A stretch of 35,918 nt of DNA. It comes from Nitrospira sp. (GTDB lineage Bacteria; Nitrospirota; Nitrospiria; Nitrospirales; Nitrospiraceae). The notes under the pieces are model-generated. The model made no database searches and had not been told where the DNA came from. It saw only the letters and a program-made list of their open reading frames with translations. The translations under genes and the position numbers were made by a program. Every line of letters starts with the position of its first letter. The first letter of the stretch is position 1. The DNA lies in NCBI GenBank assembly GCA_035716265.1, contig DASTJX010000289.1:1-35918 (forward strand). The letters are read 5' to 3'. Shown piece by piece: positions 10,650-18,123 of this stretch.

Positions 10650-10859
10650 ATGCCTGTGGACAGCCATAGTTTAATTCTTCCTATCTGCTGTGTTTGTGGA
10701 CTGATCCGGGATGAAGACAGAGCGACCGGGCAGGAACACTGGGTCACCAAGCAGACCTATCGACAGGCCCACAATGCTGACCCGTCCGCTTACCGGCTAA
10801 CGCATACCTACTGCCCTTCCTGCTATACTCAGTTCATGAATCGGATTGCTGCAGCGTAA
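10650..10859 (+). CDS. Small Cys/His-rich putative zinc-binding protein (69 aa)
   Basis: GGAG RBS; LPICCVCGLIRD...W...THTYCPSC pattern. Confidence 0.75.
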   Translation: MPVDSHSLILPICCVCGLIRDEDRATGQEHWVTKQTYRQAHNADPSAYRLTHTYCPSCYTQFMNRIAAA

Positions 10860-11258
10860 CATTGCACTCACCACGTTGCCTCGACTCTATGCCTGGCGAC
10901 GGCTCTCACTGCTGATTGCTCCAAGGCCTTATTTCGGTCGCAGCAACTGCCATTCATAACGACATTTCATGACGACATTCCCCCGCTCCGCATGCTTCAA
11001 CGCTGAACCAAGAAGTTAGTAAGGCGTAAAGATCTTGCGATTGATGGGTTCAGACATTGTCGGGACAGCGAAATAAAGTCTGCCGCAAAAACGCCTTCAT
11101 CATGGTTAAGGCAGCCTAAGATCCTATAAAAGTCATAAAAGTCATTACCGACCGCCCTAGCGAATATCCCCCTCGATATGCCACTGCTTCGCAAAGGGTC
11201 CCAAGACTAGAGCTTTCCCGCCTTGAATCACCATACTTTATCTGATTTAGTAATCATG

Positions 11259-11431
11259 GGCGGAGGTGTCGTTTCCGGCATGCCCACCCTGGAGCGACAA
11301 GAGGTCTCTGCTCCCTCCTGGGAGACCTGCCTCCGCCTCCCTTACTCGCCTCCGCCGAGGCTTTCGGACTCCCCCTTTTAGTACCGCCTCCCGCTACCTC
11401 TTAGGTATTTTCAAATGCCGGCTTCCTCTCC
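11259..11431 (+). ncRNA. Candidate structured RNA or 5' leader with CCUCC loops
   Basis: Nested stems GGCGGAGG/CCTCCGCC, TGTCG/CGACA and AGGTCTC/GAGACCT; five CCTCC copies in about 80 nt. Confidence 0.4.
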
Positions 11432-11475
11432 GAAGATGGTTCACACAAACATCGTGGATCAACGCGGAGAAGTTT

Positions 11476-11676
11476 ATGATGAAGCAACAGGGAAAAGTTG
11501 GAGCGATTCGCAGGAACGTACGCGGTAGAGCCTGCGTCTTCTGCGGAAGCCGAAATTATCAGCTTGTGCTCCGCAGTCTGAAGCAGCCTCAACTTGGAAA
11601 ACTGTTTGCTCGATGTAGCCAGTGTCATCAGTCTCGCGAGATCGATGAAGACCTTGGCCGCATTTTGTGGATGTAG
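11476..11676 (+). CDS. Small basic zinc-ribbon protein (66 aa)
   Basis: GGAG RBS; CVFC...CSQC knuckles and an Arg-rich N-terminus. Confidence 0.7.
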   Translation: MMKQQGKVGAIRRNVRGRACVFCGSRNYQLVLRSLKQPQLGKLFARCSQCHQSREIDEDLGRILWM

Positions 11677-11684
11677 GAATGGAA

Positions 11685-11993
11685 ATGAGAATTTTGAAAT
11701 CACCGCTTCATTACGTTCAGAGCAAACGGGCCCGCAGAAGGCAAATACAGACCGTGCTGCACATGCTATCCGTAAGCGGAGTCATCAGACCGGGGCATGT
11801 CGAGCCTCGCTATTTTGAGCCTTCGATTCACATCGATACTCTTCATCGACAAGTCTGTGGACAGAACGGCATTCTCAAGGCGCCAACAGCCAATACCGCC
11901 TCCTGTGTATCCGCAAATCTCAGTTTCAACTTTTCCAGGCTTCTCCAATTTGTTAAAGCCATCAGACCTTCTAGGCTCTCATTACAGCAATAG
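11685..11993 (+). CDS. Hypothetical protein (uncertain)
   Basis: ORF directly downstream of the zinc-ribbon gene with no recognisable motif. Confidence 0.3.
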   Translation: MRILKSPLHYVQSKRARRRQIQTVLHMLSVSGVIRPGHVEPRYFEPSIHIDTLHRQVCGQNGILKAPTANTASCVSANLSFNFSRLLQFVKAIRPSRLSLQQ

Positions 11994-12251
11994 CTTTGAG
12001 CTCTTCAGTGCCGGAAGTCTGGTTCTTTCCCAAAGCTTCCGATGAAACCCTTGTACCTCCCACAACCGGTCAGGTATGATCACGCCTCACTGCGCACAAA
12101 AAGCGAAGACAAGGCTGGCGTGTTCTCTCGCCTTGTGTTAGACACGAACATTGGAGACGCTTTGCATTAGCCCACACCCGGTCCTTTCATCGCCATCCTC
12201 CAGTTCTAACGATGACAAGGGCGCCAGCACACACAGCGGTTACTATCTTGT

Positions 12252-12345
<94 letters not shown>

Positions 12346-12414
12346 TTACAGCACGCATTACAACACGCAGTACATCCCTGAATGTTGGTGCTGACAAAAA
12401 AGCTGACGCAGATC

Positions 12415-12567
12415 GGTCTGAGAGGGAGGGATGTGAATAAAGGGGGCCGTGGGAGAGGGTTCCCCCCGCGTGGGGAGCTTACGAGGGGGCTTGGCCCCCT
12501 CTGTAGGAGCGTGAACAGTTAGGTGAGCGGTGAGCGCGACTTCAAATGCCCTCCCTCTCCGCCAGAC
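12415..12567. repeat. Palindromic element made of inverted and direct copies of the tRNA-Ser(GCT) 3' end
   Basis: 12420-12437 is the reverse complement of the tRNA 3' end (1 mismatch). 12541-12564 is a direct copy (1-nt insertion). Internal hairpin GAGGGGGC-ttg-GCCCCCTC. Confidence 0.75.
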
Positions 12568-12736
12568 TTAAAGAGCACAGCCGTCAGAGCGCCCTTTCCT
12601 ACACATCGATCAAGAGGGAGGGGGCTCCTTACAATAGACCATCCATCCAGATAGCGAGAGTGACTGTTCGATCCAGAAGACATCGAACTTGATTTTCAAT
12701 GATCAATCCTGTAACAGTGCCACCTCTTCCCTCCGT

Positions 12737-12812
12737 GCCGAGGTAGCTCAGTTGGCAGAGCACAGCCCTGAAAAGGCTGGTGTCGACAGTTCGATTCTGT
12801 CCCTCGGCACCA
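12737..12812 (+). tRNA. tRNA-Phe (anticodon GAA)
   Basis: 76 nt; GCCGAGG/CCTCGGC acceptor stem, CAGCC-ctGAAaa-GGCTG anticodon arm, GTTCGATTC and CCA. Confidence 0.95.
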
Positions 12813-13016
12813 CCAATGTCCCTATTCGCACACCATGGGCGAACAGTCCCTTTTAACCGATCTGAGAATCCACATCGCTACAATTCGCAACTCAAGATCA
12901 CGTTCTAGATTCTGGGCGGATGTTTGATACTTGATGCACCAGGACTGTGCACCAAGTTGCTTCCGGCTCAAAGACTCGTGGCAAGGTCAGATGCGATGAT
13001 GGGATTGTATTAGAAT

Positions 13017-14090
13017 TTATTTGTTGAAACGCACAACAATGGCCCCCATGACATCACCCTTCTTAAAGTCCCTCCTTGGACTGGTGGGATGAGTATTATG
13101 GCAGGCAACGCAGGAATCCGCGATGGCGAGGTCAACCGCAAGCCCCTTGAACTGGTTCCCATCCTCAAAAGTCACCATGCCGGTGGCTGGATTGGCCATG
13201 AGTCTTTTCAGAGCGTCTTCCTCTGCTTTCGTCTTGGGGAGGTTCTCCTTGTAGACTGGTGTCAGCCCGATTAGGGTAAGTTCAAAATCTTCTAATTCCC
13301 TACCAGCTGCTTTAAGAAATTGGGCCGGAAGCATGATCGCGTGATCATCCTTCGTCCAATCCTCGTCAGGTTTCACATGAGATCTGGCTGCCTGCGCCAC
13401 AATTTGTTTGGCATACACCGTCCGGAACGCTTTAGCGATGGCGAGAATATATCGGGCAGTAGGCGGTTCCGCCCTGACCATGACATTCTGTCCGGACAGA
13501 CAGACGGATGGTGCTCCGGCCGTTCCAGCTTGTCGCAAGCCCCACGCAGTGGCAAGAGCATGGCAGGTTAATTGGTGTATGCCATCCGACAAGTTTGTAA
13601 AGCTTTCCGTCGACTGCGCTTTCCCACTCCAATCAATTTCACCAGTCTCTGCATTTAATGCGCGGATGAATAGCGACACTTTGTAGACGGGGGCCCGGCT
13701 AAAAACTACTGCAATATCATCTCGCCGCGATTTGTATACATCGGCATCAACGAAAATAACTTGCTTGGCTCCGAGCGTTTTTGCGAGCTTAAGGACGTCA
13801 GGGTTTGAAACGGGTTGATGCAATCCCATTTCGCTCGCAAGTTGGTTCAACTTAACATCGTCGATCAGCGGCATGCGTTGCTTCAGCAGCCATGTCTTAA
13901 GGCTTTTAACCGCTTCTTGGTCGGTCCCCCACACGAGTGCTTTGGTCGAGCTGTCTGGGAGTCTAAGATAAGAGCCGTCAGTTTCCGTGACCAGTGGGGT
14001 GTTGTAGCTTTGACAGCTGGCTATGATCACAAGCAACACGACACCAGCCAGCCCACGGATGGAAGAACTCAATGCGAATTTTTGGAACAA
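13017..14090 (-). CDS. Lipoprotein fused to a C-terminal Tll0287/DUF3365-like monoheme c-type cytochrome domain
   Basis: Lipobox-like IASC, an N-terminal alpha/beta domain ending in NAETGEIDWSG, and C-terminal CVACH followed by FKKGDVMGAIVV. TTG start with GGAGG RBS. Confidence 0.75.
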   Translation of the reverse strand: MFQKFALSSSIRGLAGVVLLVIIASCQSYNTPLVTETDGSYLRLPDSSTKALVWGTDQEAVKSLKTWLLKQRMPLIDDVKLNQLASEMGLHQPVSNPDVLKLAKTLGAKQVIFVDADVYKSRRDDIAVVFSRAPVYKVSLFIRALNAETGEIDWSGKAQSTESFTNLSDGIHQLTCHALATAWGLRQAGTAGAPSVCLSGQNVMVRAEPPTARYILAIAKAFRTVYAKQIVAQAARSHVKPDEDWTKDDHAIMLPAQFLKAAGRELEDFELTLIGLTPVYKENLPKTKAEEDALKRLMANPATGMVTFEDGNQFKGLAVDLAIADSCVACHNTHPTSPRRDFKKGDVMGAIVVRFNK

Positions 14091-14194
14091 ATAGCGCCTC
14101 CGGGGGAAGCTTGTCAGTTAAGAGAGAGGTCTTCACCTGGGGTATTCCCTAGCGGCAAGACGTCATCGAGTGGATTCCCTCGCCTATGACGTCA

Positions 14195-14656
14195 TCAAGG
14201 AGCCAAATTTGGGCTATCGGCTGGTAACAAGTAGCCAAACAGACTCACATCAAAGGATCCATTGCTCGGAATGCTTAGATCTATTGAGTACTGTACGATT
14301 CCGTCTGTTGCATATGCCCTGATGTTTGCGAGCGCGACATAATTTACAAAATTCCCTGCCGGATCCGTCGCCATCCGGGTCGTGGGAATATCTAGTAGCG
14401 GGGAACCAGTTCCAGACGGAAATGCTGCTCCCGTGACTACCACAAACCTCGCTACTTCGGGAGCTGGCGTAGCCTTCGGTATACGAATATTGGCGCTGAT
14501 AGTTTCAATGACAAGCACTTTGCGCGCTGGCACCGTCGTAATGGTCTGACCGGACCTCGATGCTGCTGGATTTAAATTGCCGCTCGTTCTAATCCTCACC
14601 ATTTCTCTTGGAAATATTCTGCCGCTCTTTTTCATAAATACTTTTCTGGTTGCCAT
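14195..14656 (-). CDS. Hypothetical beta-rich protein (153 aa)
   Basis: AAGGA RBS and a clean ORF; no family recognised. Confidence 0.65.
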   Translation of the reverse strand: MATRKVFMKKSGRIFPREMVRIRTSGNLNPAASRSGQTITTVPARKVLVIETISANIRIPKATPAPEVARFVVVTGAAFPSGTGSPLLDIPTTRMATDPAGNFVNYVALANIRAYATDGIVQYSIDLSIPSNGSFDVSLFGYLLPADSPNLAP

Positions 14657-14908
14657 ATCTTTTCCTTTATGTTGAAAGGTTCTCTGTCAGTCCATTCGGC
14701 GTGAGGCACGAATCGATGAACGGGCATGCCCACCGCGCCGCTTGCTCGATTACATCGACACGAACGAGGCCAAGTCTCCATCCCCTAGACTAATGACTGA
14801 CGCCCGGTTGTTTGGCTCCAAAGCACCAATCATTTGCGCCGCCGATCTCTCTAACCACCTCTTTCCTGGGGTCAGGCTGCAGACCTTCTTCGGCTGGGGT
14901 TCCCGGCG

Positions 14909-15727
14909 TTAGGAACTTGATAATCCGCCGAAGAAGTGAAGAGCGATCGCTGCGGTGGCTGCGACGTTCAGAGACTCAATGCGGGGATTGATTGGAATGG
15001 TGAAGCGGCGAGTAGCCTCATTGATGGTCTGAGACGAAAGACCACGGCTCTCGTTTCCGAGAGCTACAACCAGCCGCTTGGGAACTTCGCGAACCGCTTC
15101 CATATGGACAGTTTCTGACCCGCGAGCTTCAGCGGCGAAGATCACGCAACCCCGCTGAGTAAACCTGGTCACATCTCGCGTGATGAAGACCGGAAGGGCA
15201 AGCAAGGCACCTGCCGTTGCACGCACCACTTTCGGATTGTACACATCCGCCGACTCCGGCGTAAGCCACAGCGCGTTGACATCGAATGCCGCCGCGGTAC
15301 GGATGATGGCACCGACATTTGCTGGATCCTGCAACCTCTCCCCGTAAAGTCCAAAGAGCCTTGCCTGCGCAAACACACGGTCTTCATCCCAACGCGGTTG
15401 CTTCACGACGGCAAGAATGCCTTGCGGCGTTTCAAGGTCAGACAGGGCCGAGAAGACCCCATTGAGGCAGCGAAAGATGGGGATGTCTACCGATTCACGA
15501 ATCAGGCGCTGCTGGTGACCTTCCCGCTGGAGGTAGTCCTCGGTCACGACCAGCGTCTGAATGAAAGTGGGGTGGTTTATGAGAAGATCATGGACGGGCT
15601 TGGCGCCTTCGATGATGAAGGCGCCTTCAGCTTTTCGAACCCGCTTGTCACGGAAGAGTTCGCGAATACGCGTCGCTTGCGCACGCGTCAAGTGGCTAGC
15701 CACGGAGGACACGCGGCGTGACGCCAT
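14909..15727 (-). CDS. TrmH/SpoU family RNA 2'-O-methyltransferase
   Basis: SPOUT motifs LQDPANVGAIIRTAAAF, LGNESRGL and ESLNVA. Confidence 0.92.
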   Translation of the reverse strand: MASRRVSSVASHLTRAQATRIRELFRDKRVRKAEGAFIIEGAKPVHDLLINHPTFIQTLVVTEDYLQREGHQQRLIRESVDIPIFRCLNGVFSALSDLETPQGILAVVKQPRWDEDRVFAQARLFGLYGERLQDPANVGAIIRTAAAFDVNALWLTPESADVYNPKVVRATAGALLALPVFITRDVTRFTQRGCVIFAAEARGSETVHMEAVREVPKRLVVALGNESRGLSSQTINEATRRFTIPINPRIESLNVAATAAIALHFFGGLSSS

Positions 15728-15742
15728 CCTCTACATTACCGG

Positions 15743-16084
15743 CTACCGACGTTTCCGTCCGGACGCTGCTTCGGCAGCTCGAATCCTTTGTGCCCGTGCC
15801 TTCGCGCGCTTGAGAAGCGTCAACTTGCCCCTCGTACGGTCGTCCTCATGCTGCAACTGCTCGAGTTGAGACTTGAGGTGTGCTTTCTCCTGTTTGTGCA
15901 AGGTTGCACATTCCTCGCGAGAGAGCTGCATCCAGTCGCCGCCATTCTTGGCACGCTGGATCCGCTGCTCCAGGGATTCGCGCAATTGTTTGGTCCGCAT
16001 GGAAAGGAGCGATTTTAACGCCTGTCTCCGGCGCAGGACCTCTTCCTCTTCGGCCATGATCCCGCGAATATCTGTACCCAACAT
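15743..16084 (-). CDS. Basic coiled-coil hypothetical protein (113 aa)
   Basis: AAGGAGG RBS before the ATG at 16084; heptad-like Leu/Arg/Glu-rich sequence. Confidence 0.75.
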   Translation of the reverse strand: MLGTDIRGIMAEEEEVLRRRQALKSLLSMRTKQLRESLEQRIQRAKNGGDWMQLSREECATLHKQEKAHLKSQLEQLQHEDDRTRGKLTLLKRAKARAQRIRAAEAASGRKRR

Positions 16085-16130
16085 GATCCGCCTCCTTGAG
16101 AATGATTGTGCGGTATTGTACCCGATTTCA

Positions 16131-16218
16131 TTGCTCATCTTCCACTGAGAGAATTTGCTCATAACATATTGAAACTGCTGGACAAGCATATGGTGTCTGG
16201 TGTTGCCAATAATTGGCA
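16131..16218. promoter_or_regulatory. Candidate operator sites between divergent coiled-coil and XRE genes
   Basis: Two TTGCTCA-N8-TGA(G/A)A sites 24 bp apart (16131, 16155), plus the perfect palindrome TGCCAAT-A-ATTGGCA (16204-16218). Confidence 0.5.
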
Positions 16219-16237
16219 CCTTCAGATATCATCGTGC

Positions 16238-16696
16238 ATGGCGATCGGTTACCAGATCCAAGCCTGGCGCCTATCACGAGGGCTTTCGAGGGAGTATCTC
16301 GCGGCCGAGGCAGGCATATCCCTTCAAGCACTTGACGACATTGAGGCGGAATCCTTTGACCCTTCAGCGGGGACCTTAGAACAGCTTGCCGCAGCAATAA
16401 AAGTTCCTGTGGCATGGCTCTTCGCACATCCCGACGCCTTTGAATTGCTCTTTCGAGAGCAGGACGAAGTGGAGGAAAAGCCCGATGGTCCGGATCCCAT
16501 TACCGAACGCATCCTGACTGGTTCGAGAATGGATCGATCGCTCTATGTCATGCTGACAGCACTGATTCAGAGCGGGGAGCCCAAACTGCTTCGGGCTGCT
16601 GAAATGAGTTTGAAAAGTCTGGTAAAACAGTCCAAACAATCCACAGTCCCCTGGCAGAATCGTCCCTCAGGCCACTTCGAGCCACCCAGCGATTAG
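16238..16696 (+). CDS. XRE-family helix-turn-helix transcriptional regulator
   Basis: IGYQIQAWRLSRGLSREYLAAEAGIS...IE...PSAGTLEQLAAAIKVPVAWLF is a Cro/CI-type HTH, followed by an unknown C-terminal helical domain. Confidence 0.85.
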   Translation: MAIGYQIQAWRLSRGLSREYLAAEAGISLQALDDIEAESFDPSAGTLEQLAAAIKVPVAWLFAHPDAFELLFREQDEVEEKPDGPDPITERILTGSRMDRSLYVMLTALIQSGEPKLLRAAEMSLKSLVKQSKQSTVPWQNRPSGHFEPPSD

Positions 16697-16791
16697 ACCA
16701 CCTACCTTGGGACCCGGCTCGCCTCCGAAACCATTCACACCTTCTTCATACTATTGCCCTTCACTTCTGCAGAGGCGAAATAGCACTGATT

Positions 16792-17985
16792 TCATAGGGC
16801 TTGGAGAATGAAGCACTTGAGGTAGCGGGTTTCTTGCATGCTAGAAAGCACCGGATGGTCGGACGCTTGACCTCGTTGCTCAAGCAGACGCACGGGCCGA
16901 TTGGCATCCTGCGCCGCCTGTGCAATCACCTTCCACAAGTCCATCTCCGAAACATGGTGCGAGCAGGAACTCGTCACAAGAATGCCTTCGGGTCTGATCA
17001 GTCGAATTCCCAACAGATTGATATCCTTATAGCCGGCGAGGGCCCTGGGGACCGCCTGTTTGCTGCGGGCAAATGCAGGAGGGTCGAGAATCACGACATC
17101 GTATTGTCCGTGAGCCTGCGCTAGGCGGCGCATCTCGTCGAAGGCATCCGCCGATCGGTATGAGCACCGGTCTTGCACCCCGTTCAGTCTGGCATGATTC
17201 CGGGCCATGACGAGCGCTTCTTCGCTGATGTCCAATCCTTCAACTGATTCGGCTCCCGCGAGGGCCGCTTGTATGCCGAAGGCGCCCGTGTGGCAAAATA
17301 CTTCCAAGGCCGCCTTCCCTCGTGCAAACCGGGCGGCCGCAAGCCGGTTTTCGCGTTGGTCGCAGTACCAGCCGGTCTTCTGACCTTGCGCGACGTCCAC
17401 GAGAAAGCGCGCCGGTCCTTCCTGAACTTCGATCGTCGTGGCCCCATTCCCGCGCAAAAAGCCTCTGACCGGCTTCAACCCTTCTAACAGGCGGCTTTTG
17501 GCGTCATTCCGCAGATATACCTTGCTCAGACCTGTTTCCTTACACAACAAGTCCGCCAGCATCTCCTTCCGGAGATCCATTCCACTCGACAGCGTTTGCA
17601 TGACCAGCACATCGCCGTACCGATCAACAATCAGACCGGGCAAGCGATCAGCCTCGCCGTAGATGACCCGATAGGCCGTCGAACCGGAAACGACTTGCTC
17701 GCGAAGCCGCAGGGCTTGGGCGATGCGTTCCTGCCAGAATGCAGGGCCGATCCGTTCATCAGTGAAGGCCAAGATTCTGATACGAATTTTGGAGTTGGGG
17801 TTATAGAATCCGCGGGCGTAGAACCGGCCGTTCGGCATCAGGACATCGACCAGGTCGCCGGCACCGGGCTGCCCGGTGACTGCATGCACAAACCCCGCAT
17901 AGATCCAGAGATGGCCTGACCCGACTATTTCCTTGGCACGGGCCAAGGTGACTGTTCCTATCGAACGTTCCTGGTGCCCTGTCAT
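16792..17985 (-). CDS. rlmI: RlmI-like class I SAM-dependent rRNA methyltransferase with PUA domain
   Basis: Motifs GHLWIY, GEADRLPGLIVDRY, GQKTGWYCDQRENR, ILDPPAFA, TSSCS and DHP...ETRYLK. Confidence 0.85.
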   Translation of the reverse strand: MTGHQERSIGTVTLARAKEIVGSGHLWIYAGFVHAVTGQPGAGDLVDVLMPNGRFYARGFYNPNSKIRIRILAFTDERIGPAFWQERIAQALRLREQVVSGSTAYRVIYGEADRLPGLIVDRYGDVLVMQTLSSGMDLRKEMLADLLCKETGLSKVYLRNDAKSRLLEGLKPVRGFLRGNGATTIEVQEGPARFLVDVAQGQKTGWYCDQRENRLAAARFARGKAALEVFCHTGAFGIQAALAGAESVEGLDISEEALVMARNHARLNGVQDRCSYRSADAFDEMRRLAQAHGQYDVVILDPPAFARSKQAVPRALAGYKDINLLGIRLIRPEGILVTSSCSHHVSEMDLWKVIAQAAQDANRPVRLLEQRGQASDHPVLSSMQETRYLKCFILQAL

Positions 17986-18123
17986 GGGACAGTTATCGGA
18001 TGAGGCGAGTCCAACGTCAAGGCCTTGGCCTCCCTGCTCATCTCTGCTTGACGGGTTGCCTCCTCTATGGTTTGCTGGAACACGAGACTGTTCTCGCACA
18101 CACCTATCGAACGGCACGGAACA

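Noticed and set aside
10955-11145. Short direct repeats (CATRACGACATT x2, ATAAAAGTC x2)
   Set aside because: Only two copies each, with no spacer structure. Not CRISPR and not clearly tied to a gene.
12689-12707. FNR-like box TTGAT...ATCAA upstream of tRNA-Phe
   Set aside because: The spacer is 8 nt, not the required 4.
12810-12815. CCACCA at the tRNA-Phe 3' end as a degradation tag
   Set aside because: The tag is added post-transcriptionally to unstable tRNAs. Here the acceptor stem is perfect and the extra CCA is probably just trailer sequence.
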